Positions 51,101-59,786 of a stretch of DNA of 64,000 nucleotides are shown here, one piece after another. Numbering within the stretch: position 1 is the stretch's first letter; each line of letters opens with the position of its first letter. Position numbers and translations under genes: made by a program. A model generated the notes under the pieces. The model saw only the letters and a list, made by a program, of their open reading frames with translations, did no database searches and was not told the origin of the DNA. Source of the stretch: a virus (lineage: Duplodnaviria; Caudoviricetes); IMG/VR virus record IMGVR_UViG_3300042878_001023, positions 1-64,000 of that record; one strand, 5' to 3'.

Positions 51101-53623
51101 GACTGCTGTTTGTAAAGCAGCAACATTACTAATTACTGCATTTTTACTTAAATCAGTATACTCATCTTCTTTTGTTGATATATCTCCTCCAGTTAAAGGT
51201 TTACCCACAATAGGTTGATGATTAACATTAACATTATAAATAGCAGCACTACCTGCACCATTTATACTTTCTTGACCTGATGAACCACCACTAATATCAC
51301 CACCTCCAATTTCTTTACCTGTTATATCCGGCCCTACTAAACTTTGAAATGCAGGACCTGCTTGCACTGTTGTTCTTTTACCGACACCTGCTATTATAGC
51401 TTCTGCAAGACCAAATATTATCATTACAAAAACTGTGGCATCTGAAAGTAATTTAAACTTAGGATGATCTGATGGAGTAACAAATTGTTGATTTGATAAA
51501 CCTTGTAAATGACCATATATTTTAAACTCAGGAGTAGATAAGAACGGAGTTCTAAACATTGTATCCGGTGAGTGAAAACTAATAATATCACTAGGTACAG
51601 TAGCTACAAGCCCGGCTTTAATAAATGGATCTGACTGACCTGCAACATTACCACCTAATGCTGAACTTATAGGAGTAATTGTATTAAACGGGTAATTAGC
51701 ATAAAGACCTGTGTAATTATTATTACCGGAAATTTTATAAGTTCTATAGTTATTAACCATCCCTTTAGCAACAATAGTCTTGTTACCCTCTCTAGATCCT
51801 CTAAGTATTTCATAGCCTGCAATTCCTGGTATATCATTACCATCATTATCTTTTGGTAGCTGTATGTTTGTAAAAAATACACCCATTAATCTTATGAAAT
51901 AATCATTACCTACATTAGTTTGTGGTGTAGGATTACTTCTAAATCTAATTACATCAGCTGTGTTGCTACCATTAATAAAATCTTCAGGAAATTTATGATG
52001 TCTAATATTTTTACCACACAAATCAAAAGAATTATCCGTAGCTCCTGTCCAACATAAACTACTTGGATTCCATATTTCTGGTCTATTATCAGGATAACTT
52101 TCTGTTGATTGCCAGTATCCCATGTCTCCTGTTGCTATAACAGTTCCCCCATCATCAGTAGTAGTACCAATATAAGAATTGTTATTATCAGCTGTAGCAG
52201 TGTTATATATTTCAAATACTCTTTCATCTGTAGTTAAAGTATTTGTATCTCCGTTTAATGTAGATGTTTCTTTAAATATTACTCCTGTTGTAGGAAGAGT
52301 AAAGTCTCTAGGTGCTCTTCCCGGAATATGGTATGAAGATGTTTTGTCTCCAGTGTTGTAAACCCATCTAATAAAAAATGAATATACTTCATCTCTCATA
52401 TAGTTAGTTTTGTTACCACCTTTCATATAATAGTTAGCAGGATATTCTACAGAAGCCCACTTAGTTGTAATCATATTAGCCAAAGGCTGGTAATTAAAAT
52501 CAAATTTAGATTTAGGACCCACTCTTAGTAAGTAAGTATTTAACTCTGCAATCTGATCACTACTTTCAAATACCGGAGTTCTTAATGGTAATTGTTCTAA
52601 TGGGATTGTAATATTAGAAGGATCAATTTGATCAAAAGATAATGCTGAAGTATTTGTTGAATAAACACCCATTCTTTTAGCAACAGTTTGTTGATTAGTA
52701 CAACTTACTATTACTAACTCAAACTCATCAAAGTTTAATCTATCAGCTTCAATTTCTAAATCTAAAGATCCTTCAAGATCATCAGGAGAATATACAAACT
52801 GATAATTACTTTGTGAAAAATAATCTGTAACCTTCTGACCATTTATTAAATAAGCAATTACTACAAAGTAACTACCATTAGCTAGTGTACCACCTGTTTG
52901 TCCTAACTTTAATCTAAGACATGGTGTAGTCATCAGTCTAGCTAATCTTATTCTTTCACAATCAAGAGTATTAACATTTTCACATATGTTACAGTCATTA
53001 ATGATCTTACATGTTTCATTCCATTGCACACCTGGCCAAAGTGATTTTGTACTAGTTCCTAGTAGAGAATAGTAATTAGCCATAACTCCTGTTGCCCCAC
53101 CAAATATATGATTATCTAATGATGGCCAAGTTTTAGAATTTCCAATATTTAAAAACCTATCAGGGTTTAATCCATCAGCCCAATATATTTGCCAAGTACA
53201 GTCTTCTCTTTCTCTAGAAGTACCTGATATTAAGTATCTCTTGTCAAACTTTAAACAAGGATCAATTACAATTGGTCTGTAAACACAGTTCTCTTCTTCA
53301 AATAATCCTATTTCAGAATTAATTGGTTGACATAGTGAATTATGACCTGCTGTAAGAATGACCCATTTATCGGAGTATAGATAGATTGCTCCAATTACAT
53401 ATTTTTCTTTAACCTGTGGTGGAAAAAATTTACCGGATTCAAAACAAATATAATTGGCAGACTCATTAGATAATGAACCTACTCTACCTGTCTTAGAATT
53501 GTTGACCATGTTTATAGCATGCGTCCACATTCCTTCAGTTACATAAGAAGGATCAGAATCTTTGTTCAGACCCTTTATGAAACTGTCAGTAATATTCTGA
53601 GAAGTATCTTGCATGTTTGACAT
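48185..53623 (-). CDS. tail muzzle / stabilisation protein (P22 gp10-like, crAss muzzle)
   Basis: 1812 aa. N-terminal GLNKD...WTHAINM...LSNE, MRDEVYSF.IRW, GGDTYVNRY and WTISY...WISFHDWHP. Lies downstream of the ring proteins. Confidence 0.82.
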   Translation of the reverse strand: MSNMQDTSQNITDSFIKGLNKDSDPSYVTEGMWTHAINMVNNSKTGRVGSLSNESANYICFESGKFFPPQVKEKYVIGAIYLYSDKWVILTAGHNSLCQPINSEIGLFEEENCVYRPIVIDPCLKFDKRYLISGTSREREDCTWQIYWADGLNPDRFLNIGNSKTWPSLDNHIFGGATGVMANYYSLLGTSTKSLWPGVQWNETCKIINDCNICENVNTLDCERIRLARLMTTPCLRLKLGQTGGTLANGSYFVVIAYLINGQKVTDYFSQSNYQFVYSPDDLEGSLDLEIEADRLNFDEFELVIVSCTNQQTVAKRMGVYSTNTSALSFDQIDPSNITIPLEQLPLRTPVFESSDQIAELNTYLLRVGPKSKFDFNYQPLANMITTKWASVEYPANYYMKGGNKTNYMRDEVYSFFIRWVYNTGDKTSSYHIPGRAPRDFTLPTTGVIFKETSTLNGDTNTLTTDERVFEIYNTATADNNNSYIGTTTDDGGTVIATGDMGYWQSTESYPDNRPEIWNPSSLCWTGATDNSFDLCGKNIRHHKFPEDFINGSNTADVIRFRSNPTPQTNVGNDYFIRLMGVFFTNIQLPKDNDGNDIPGIAGYEILRGSREGNKTIVAKGMVNNYRTYKISGNNNYTGLYANYPFNTITPISSALGGNVAGQSDPFIKAGLVATVPSDIISFHSPDTMFRTPFLSTPEFKIYGHLQGLSNQQFVTPSDHPKFKLLSDATVFVMIIFGLAEAIIAGVGKRTTVQAGPAFQSLVGPDITGKEIGGGDISGGSSGQESINGAGSAAIYNVNVNHQPIVGKPLTGGDISTKEDEYTDLSKNAVISNVAALQTAVTTYNATTGALADLATAGLVDVLGTAYQTSATTNLTQKGAVYTAPELHTEIAKTNYLPGPLRILAAGQNIATYFSQGVDIALKILYAVTSYKPFALQMKAYGFYSQMQPVGNTDTKRFTIDDAFYLRDNIQQMSKYLDNTNTYRSYSINNLKRPATVTLRVKNGANQNVGPKLLNIDESLVTLGTLKQIRNPSVPNFGMNDTDDPFSLPIASHYGALKGRVRNQYGQLDSIKQITISNCEQKLSVSNVQEITAVTCNSVSKKRFVIPRTPIFFGGDTYVNRYTEKNNMLFFFDWLYSQPDGFEYNYYLKSMIPHPRFRLNSQLYDSSNLASLFTDFANFADNAQTPGTGPLPSNFYNLDYFEGTTKKYDYVTDTASNYPGFFICKDSYFYLAASSIRDFFVESEVLLDFRKQADNIGNKFYDPYRYTNYQEMFDMNPEIMGKNSFYQYDYSLSVSKLYNQYFSLGSMQSRYYNPNVSELCYTYYPNRIIYSLPQQDEAIKDSWFVYLINNYRTFKSQISGVKPINKSGIMITFKNDSPVMFQGVDTLNTDLGTKVTIGDGGLFSQPGQAVANSDKAYEYGASQNRLSVISTPVGIFYISQAAGKIFSYGQGLQELSQQGMKWWFTLFLPYKLTVDFPLYPYQDNPVAGIGCQSVFDNTNTILYFCKKDYQLIDSFKRRTTYVPLKSDGTGDYFIVDNNQAVQYRLGDTTIFRDASWTISYDPKSQFWISFHDWHPDLLLPTKDVFISTKGAGGWRHNWLCDSYCKYYGVDYACEIDIPIVSGQTITTTRSIEYIMEAYRKSDNCVDSHHVLDFNFDTAVVYNSEQVSGYLNLNLYPKNDLILARQYPKLNLNNNSFDILFSKEENKYRFNQFWDITNNRGEFPLGGSYPPIGQVIPDTTVLIGNYAGETTWITEPDGFRRTLNFNNLDYSKPELQRKKFRHYMSFVNLKKNKSGNTNIILKISNSKNETSLR

Positions 53624-53624
53624 A

Positions 53625-54677
53625 TTATATCACTTTAGTATTATAGTTTAATCTTGCATAGTTTCCTCTTGTAGGAGCTTTGAACATATCATAGTATTTA
53701 GAATACTGTGCTCTTCTATTAGTCCACCATAGTTGCTCCATCTCTTTGAAGTTTGGAGTATTTATAAAACTTAATGCATTTACTCTAGCATCTTTTAATT
53801 CAGGTAAAATGATCTGTAATCTTTGACCAATATTTTCACCATTAAGTGCCAAGTTTTCAAATATTCTTTTCTTAAATGCATACTCATAGTAATCATTAAG
53901 TCTTGGGTGATCAGGAACCATAATGTTTCCATCATCATCAATAAGTTCACCTTGATAGTTTACATATACATGACCATCTTGGAAAGTAGTAAATAAGAAA
54001 CCATTTTTAAGCCATCCTTCATCCGGTCCATTGTAATACAAGTTAGGACATTCACATTCTATGTTTTGACTTGGCTTCATTCTTAATTGCACAAGCGTAG
54101 TGTACTTTCTTGTAAGTCCCGCATGAACAACTTGTATTAATTCATATGACTCACCTTTACAATTCATAAATACTCTTGGAGCTACACAAGTATTTCCATA
54201 AGGATTTTCAGGATCATATTCCGGAGTTGTGGTTGTAATAGGTGTATTAAGTTCACAACCTGCTGTATGATTACATGGATTAGAATTACATGTTCTACAG
54301 TTAACAGTTTGAACTGCACATGAATCTACACCACCAGGAAACTCTTGATACTTTACAGTTCCTAAAGGAACCTCTTGTATATTAGTTCCACCTACTCTAC
54401 CATCATAGCCTACATGCTCTGTTCTTTCACGACAAGACATACCAAAATTCCATACATAGAAATCATCTGGTAATTTTACTCTACCATGACAAACATCCAA
54501 TACAACTTCTTTAGTTTGATTAAGTCTCAAACCTAAGTCATAATTAATTTTTCTAGCTAGTTTGATTAACTGCTGAGGATCTATCATGTTCTCCAATGCA
54601 AAAGTTGGTAGATCAATTAAAACATCTTCCATCAACTGGTCAAATGTTCTGTATTTTATTGTATAGTTAAAGTCCAT
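53625..54677 (-). CDS. tail ring protein
   Basis: KLPDDF, GFLFTTFQDGHVYVNY.G..DDDG.I.VPD. Position in the crAss-like tail operon. Confidence 0.72.
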   Translation of the reverse strand: MDFNYTIKYRTFDQLMEDVLIDLPTFALENMIDPQQLIKLARKINYDLGLRLNQTKEVVLDVCHGRVKLPDDFYVWNFGMSCRERTEHVGYDGRVGGTNIQEVPLGTVKYQEFPGGVDSCAVQTVNCRTCNSNPCNHTAGCELNTPITTTTPEYDPENPYGNTCVAPRVFMNCKGESYELIQVVHAGLTRKYTTLVQLRMKPSQNIECECPNLYYNGPDEGWLKNGFLFTTFQDGHVYVNYQGELIDDDGNIMVPDHPRLNDYYEYAFKKRIFENLALNGENIGQRLQIILPELKDARVNALSFINTPNFKEMEQLWWTNRRAQYSKYYDMFKAPTRGNYARLNYNTKVI

Positions 54678-55348
54678 TATCTTAAAGTATTTTGACCATC
54701 ATCTGGTCCATCAGTAGGAATTTGTAATGACATTGCTAACTCTTTCACAACCATTTGTTCAATTTCAGAAAATAAATATTCTGGAAATGGTAATGAAAGA
54801 TCTTGTTTAAGCTTACACTGATCTTCAGGGTCACATAAAAAATCTCCTTTATCTCCTTGGAACATAGCCTCTACTCTTACAGCCTCCCAAATCAAATTAG
54901 GAAAATATAAATAGCCATTTAAAAACCAAAAATATTTTCTTTTATTATACTTAAATGTAGTAGATTTAGTTATAGAAACCCAAGTACCAGGATTAGTTCT
55001 AAAGATAATTTCTGAACCATCTATTGAAGATATAGTACGTATGATTGGTCCAAACATACCGGAAAGCATATCTGGAATTTTTTCTTTACTTCTTTTAAAG
55101 TAACAACCTGAATATACACCAGTACATCCAGCTTCTATTTTATCAACATCTATTAATTCTACATAAGGTAATACAGAAAATATATTACTCAGCTGCATCA
55201 ATCTATATTGATTATCTTCTCTTTTAAGAAGAGTCTGTCCATACTTTATAATAGAGTAATAGATTACTCTATCAGTCAAGAAGGCATCTTCTTTAACGGC
55301 CTTTAGTGTATTCCTAACCCTTGATATTGCTTCTCCTACTGTAGTCAT
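54677..55348 (-). CDS. tail ring / tubular protein
   Basis: RSKEKIP, YFWFLNGYLY, FPEYL and C-terminal PTD..DD.Q, as in crAss-like ring proteins. Confidence 0.72.
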   Translation of the reverse strand: MTTVGEAISRVRNTLKAVKEDAFLTDRVIYYSIIKYGQTLLKREDNQYRLMQLSNIFSVLPYVELIDVDKIEAGCTGVYSGCYFKRSKEKIPDMLSGMFGPIIRTISSIDGSEIIFRTNPGTWVSITKSTTFKYNKRKYFWFLNGYLYFPNLIWEAVRVEAMFQGDKGDFLCDPEDQCKLKQDLSLPFPEYLFSEIEQMVVKELAMSLQIPTDGPDDGQNTLR

Positions 55349-55926
55349 AAGTCAAATTCATTATAAGTCTCTAATTTTTTTAGAGTTTCTTTATTATTTA
55401 TTCTTTCATACTGCAATTTCTGATATACTTCTTTAATTGCTTTTGTATTTTCTACTACCAAATACATATTCCAATTTTCAGGATATGTTTTAGAAACTGC
55501 TCTTTTAAAATCTCTACATGCTGTAAAACTCCAAAACTCTCTATTTTTTATTTTATGCTTTGGTGCATAGTTTGTAAAAAATATCTTTGCTAACTTTCCA
55601 TCTGTAGCAAAATTATTATTAGATACTTCTACACCATATTGATTTGATTTAGCAAAGTCAATGTTCTTCTTCTTACTATGTTGACATGTTCCTATAAAAA
55701 GCCATCCTATCTGTTCTGGTATTTGCACTCCATCTCTATTGTCAATTACCATTGTATATAATGCTTTATTAAATGCTTTAGCAATGTTTTTTAAAGCTTT
55801 ATTATCATAAGTACTATACTTAGGATATTTCTTTTTAAAGCTATCAAAAAACTCTTTATCCAAAAGTGTAAGTATTTCAGGTCTATATCTTGGTGCTGAT
55901 AAGTCAGGTTTCTTAAACTCTCTCAT
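55345..55926 (-). CDS. IHF/HU-like protein (crAss IHF-like family)
   Basis: GVQIPEQIGWLFIG and IDFAKS...F.ACRDFKR. Located next to the ring genes. Confidence 0.6.
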   Translation of the reverse strand: MREFKKPDLSAPRYRPEILTLLDKEFFDSFKKKYPKYSTYDNKALKNIAKAFNKALYTMVIDNRDGVQIPEQIGWLFIGTCQHSKKKNIDFAKSNQYGVEVSNNNFATDGKLAKIFFTNYAPKHKIKNREFWSFTACRDFKRAVSKTYPENWNMYLVVENTKAIKEVYQKLQYERINNKETLKKLETYNEFDL

Positions 55927-55968
55927 AATAATATAGTAAAAATTAGTTAGTTTAACAAATATAGCTAT

Positions 55969-55996
55969 AAAACAAAACCCCTACAAGTGCAGGGGT
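55969..55996 (-). terminator. Rho-independent terminator
   Basis: On the - strand: CCCCTGC-ACTT-GTAGGGG-TTTTGTTTT. Confidence 0.7.
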
Positions 55997-56033
55997 ATGT
56001 CTAGTTGAAGATAAACCAACAAACTGCAACTAA

Positions 56034-56600
56034 TTAGACTGGTGGGGTAAATACAGGAAAAGACATCTTCATACTCATGTAATGAAACTCTTTTAGTTTT
56101 TGTAAAAATACTCCAAGTTTTGTTCTATATTCTTTATACAATTCTTTTGTTAATACTTGAGCATTTGTATAATCTACAACTAATGTATAGCTTTGAATTT
56201 GACCTGATGGATAGTATATATCTCTTGTTCTGTTATAAGTTATTATACCAGATTGTTTATCAGGATTTCCAGGAAGATATAATGAATTCCAAAATCTTTT
56301 TTCAACATTACCAAATACTTCATCAAAGTATATAATAAGACCGTTTGGTCCTTGTACATGATCAATAAGTTTTCCAAAATCTACTAGACTAATACAATCA
56401 GTACAAAAATTTCTATTTGGATCAAAGTATTTATTGACTAAAGTTGTTAATAAATATTCATGTAAAGCTTTTCTATAAGCAGCCAGTGTTGCTCTAAAAG
56501 TTGTATATGACTCATCTACATTAAGGTGATTTACATCAGGTGTATAACCTTCACATGTATTACCTATCATTTTATAATATTTATAATCAAATGGATCCAT
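56034..56600 (-). CDS. hypothetical structural-module protein
   Basis: 188-aa ORF at the end of the fibre cluster. Confidence 0.7.
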   Translation of the reverse strand: MDPFDYKYYKMIGNTCEGYTPDVNHLNVDESYTTFRATLAAYRKALHEYLLTTLVNKYFDPNRNFCTDCISLVDFGKLIDHVQGPNGLIIYFDEVFGNVEKRFWNSLYLPGNPDKQSGIITYNRTRDIYYPSGQIQSYTLVVDYTNAQVLTKELYKEYRTKLGVFLQKLKEFHYMSMKMSFPVFTPPV

Positions 56601-56605
56601 AACAA

Positions 56606-58252
56606 TTAAATTAATTCATATTTATATCTATGTAAAGCAAGAGTATCTGCAGCTAATAAAAATGTTTCTTGTGCTATAACTAGTTCACCAAAAGCTTTTG
56701 ACTGAGCATCTCTTCTTGCTCTTTTAAAGGTTTGAATGGTATTCTCTATTGCCATTCCTAAAGCAGAACTAAATTGACTTATAGTAGGATCCCAAGCATA
56801 GAGGTTACTATCTTCATCACATCTTAAATATTCACCAGGCATACCAACAGTTGGTATTTGAGAAATTAAAGTAACAGGAGCTAATGTTACCATATGATCT
56901 TTTACAGTTGGTAATCTATCAACTATTCTATCACCATTTAAAGAAAGAAACTTTATGTTACTCCAACTCCAATAAGTATATTGTGGACAACCAAAATCAA
57001 GATTAACTGTAGTTAATCTTCCTTTACGAACTATTGTTTGATCAGCAATACCATTAGGATCCCATGTAGTGTAGTCTAAAGGTATAAAATTTGAACATTG
57101 TACTTCAGGACTAACTTTGGCCTGTTTTCCTGTAACTATACAATTTACATTTTTAATAAAATCATCTCTCAAATCTCTATAAGCATCATTAAAACTCACA
57201 GTTGGACTAATACATCCAAAACTTTTTAACTCAGAACAAGTAATTGTTGTATCATCTCTATCAAGAAAATTTATACCAGGGTAAGGATAATCCGTGAATT
57301 GTAAATTACCTCCTAAATATTCTGTATACACACCTTCTGGATCTTGTGTTTGAACATAACAGTCACAAGAGAAATCATAGTAAACAGATTTTTTACAGCC
57401 TTTTGAATCTGTTACATCTAACCTAACAACAGTTGACTTTATCACTTCTCTTTGATCACATATTGTTGGAGCATAAGTAATTACATCTTGTACTGTTAAA
57501 GTAGATAACCATTTTCTTACACATAAACTTGTAGAAGATTGAGCTGATAAGGTAAAAGAAAAAGTATTGTTATCACAGTCAATAAGGCTATATGAAACAT
57601 CTGGTGTTCCAACAGTTCTGTTATTTTTTATAGTTAAGAATTTATCAACTGCATCAGTTGGTCCTAAAGGTATAAGCCACTCATATACACAAATAGGTTC
57701 AGGAATTGTTTCATCAGGTTCTAATGTAAGTGTTATTAGTTCATTATCACAATTTATATACTGATAAGTTTTATCTGTTGTACCATAATTTGTTAAAACT
57801 AAATAATCACAAGGATATGGATAATTTGCTAAAATAGAATTAGCTCCAATAGTTTCTAAATCTAAAGTACTAAGATCAGTGTCACCTAATATATCATGTC
57901 CTACAAAAGGACCTTGAGCTATTGACCAATTATATGTATAAGGTCCTGTTCCATTTGTTACTGCTGCTGTAAGAGAGGGATAGCTACCCTCAATCCCACT
58001 TATTGATACTGACATAGCACAATTCTCACAAGCTGCAGTAAAAAGCTTCTGAAGGGCTACTTCTACATTATCATTTTGTAATATAAGTTTATACTCCTGA
58101 CACAATAACAAATCTTGACCAGAGTATGCAATACATGCAGAATCTATAATTTCAGAACATTTAGTATTCTGAATACACTCTTGTGTAATACATGGTTGTG
58201 GTGCTGTAAATAAATTTCCTTTACAACTTTTACATTTTTGAATGTTACTCAT
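56606..58252 (-). CDS. Cys-rich putative fibre/appendage protein
   Basis: CIAYSG N-terminal motif. SprB/PKD-like GTGPYTYNWS...VTDSKGC and YxYxxC repeats. Confidence 0.6.
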   Translation of the reverse strand: MSNIQKCKSCKGNLFTAPQPCITQECIQNTKCSEIIDSACIAYSGQDLLLCQEYKLILQNDNVEVALQKLFTAACENCAMSVSISGIEGSYPSLTAAVTNGTGPYTYNWSIAQGPFVGHDILGDTDLSTLDLETIGANSILANYPYPCDYLVLTNYGTTDKTYQYINCDNELITLTLEPDETIPEPICVYEWLIPLGPTDAVDKFLTIKNNRTVGTPDVSYSLIDCDNNTFSFTLSAQSSTSLCVRKWLSTLTVQDVITYAPTICDQREVIKSTVVRLDVTDSKGCKKSVYYDFSCDCYVQTQDPEGVYTEYLGGNLQFTDYPYPGINFLDRDDTTITCSELKSFGCISPTVSFNDAYRDLRDDFIKNVNCIVTGKQAKVSPEVQCSNFIPLDYTTWDPNGIADQTIVRKGRLTTVNLDFGCPQYTYWSWSNIKFLSLNGDRIVDRLPTVKDHMVTLAPVTLISQIPTVGMPGEYLRCDEDSNLYAWDPTISQFSSALGMAIENTIQTFKRARRDAQSKAFGELVIAQETFLLAADTLALHRYKYELI

Positions 58253-58282
58253 AATATATTATCTTAATTGTAAACTAACTGG

Positions 58283-59134
58283 CTATACTACAGTTCTATT
58301 AATAGTACATGTTTGACCGGCTAGATAAATTATAAAAGTAGCTGTTCCAGTTTCATATGGTGTACCTGTTATTGTAAATGTTAAACTTCCATTTCCATTT
58401 GCAAAAGTACCAGCTTGTAAAGTAGCAATTAAATTATTTACTCCAGTAGACAATACTGTTTGTTCACCGTATGGTCCACCATTTCCTCCACTATAAGAAA
58501 TCACACTTGACACACCACTTGCTGCTACTCCGTTTGTAAGCGTTCCGTTATTTGTTATTGATGAACAGTCTAATGTATAAGTTTCAGAATTAGCAATTGT
58601 ATAATAAGCATCTGCTGTACATCCTTTTGCATCTGTAACTTTAAGTTTAATTAATGTTTTATAAATTTTATTTCCAGATGTACCTTGAAAAAAATTATCA
58701 ATACCCTCTTCAACACTAACATTAAGACCTAAAAGTAAAGATGCGTCAGCAACAACAGGAGGAAGTAAATGACCAGCATACTGTGAATTTTGATTTGCAG
58801 ACCATTGATAAGTATAAGGTGCTGTACCACCTGTAACTACAGATTCTAATAATAAGTCATCTGTAGAAGATAAATTAATAGTTACTGCTAAATTACATTT
58901 ACATAAAAATTCTACTATATTAGATAGTATTTGTGATAATGGATTGTTTGCAAATATAATACTCTTAGTACCACACTTAATATCAGCTGTAGTATATTCA
59001 AAGCAAAGAGCATTAAACATTTCTGCATCATTACACTTATTTGGTGTAGGGCAAATTACTTCAAAAGGTCTAACTGTTTCACAGTTACACGTTTCAAAGT
59101 TACATACATTACATTTATTACAATTACTTTCCAT
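58283..59134 (-). CDS. Cys-rich putative fibre/appendage protein with Ig-like C-terminal domain
   Basis: CFEYT motif, GGTAPYTYQWS...VTDAKGC and a Gly/Thr-rich beta-sandwich C-terminus. Confidence 0.6.
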   Translation of the reverse strand: MESNCNKCNVCNFETCNCETVRPFEVICPTPNKCNDAEMFNALCFEYTTADIKCGTKSIIFANNPLSQILSNIVEFLCKCNLAVTINLSSTDDLLLESVVTGGTAPYTYQWSANQNSQYAGHLLPPVVADASLLLGLNVSVEEGIDNFFQGTSGNKIYKTLIKLKVTDAKGCTADAYYTIANSETYTLDCSSITNNGTLTNGVAASGVSSVISYSGGNGGPYGEQTVLSTGVNNLIATLQAGTFANGNGSLTFTITGTPYETGTATFIIYLAGQTCTINRTVV

Positions 59135-59142
59135 TTTTTATT

Positions 59143-59766
59143 TTAATTATGTTCTGGTTCATATTGACAATCTTCTTCATCAATAACAACAGTATAAAAG
59201 AAATCATGACTACAACCAAAAGCATCTATTACTTCAATTCTTATAGTACCAGAATATTTATTTGTATTATTATCACCAATATAAAATTTATTAGGTAAAC
59301 AATATACAACAACATAGAAACCCATACCTCCTTGTCCTACAGGATTAAAACAATCAGAACTTGTACCTTCTTCATAACTTGAACAATTAGAAATTGTAAT
59401 ACCAGTAAATGGTCCTTGTACTACCGAAGGTTTTATTGTATACGTTGGTGTACCCCCTGTAATAGCAAAACCCAATGATGAACCTACATATACACCACCT
59501 GTTAGAAAATTAAACTCAATATCTATTTCACAATTTTTATTACAGATTGTATCTACAAGTGTTGTTAATACAGTAGGTAATGATTCTCCTGATTCCACAA
59601 GCACCTCACCATTACAAACTATTGGATCTCCTGTATAGTTAACACAATCAAGATCAAATATCTGTTCACAGTCTGGTGCAGGTGGACAGTTTCCACCATA
59701 CTCACAAGGAGTAGGTGGAATAACCACCTTCTTTTTGCATTTACAATTTTTACAATTTTTTTTCAT
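59143..59766 (-). CDS. Cys-rich putative fibre/appendage protein
   Basis: CVNYTGDPI motif and GGTPTYT...VIDAFGC. Confidence 0.6.
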   Translation of the reverse strand: MKKNCKNCKCKKKVVIPPTPCEYGGNCPPAPDCEQIFDLDCVNYTGDPIVCNGEVLVESGESLPTVLTTLVDTICNKNCEIDIEFNFLTGGVYVGSSLGFAITGGTPTYTIKPSVVQGPFTGITISNCSSYEEGTSSDCFNPVGQGGMGFYVVVYCLPNKFYIGDNNTNKYSGTIRIEVIDAFGCSHDFFYTVVIDEEDCQYEPEHN

Positions 59767-59786
59767 TTAACACATTGTATTTATTA

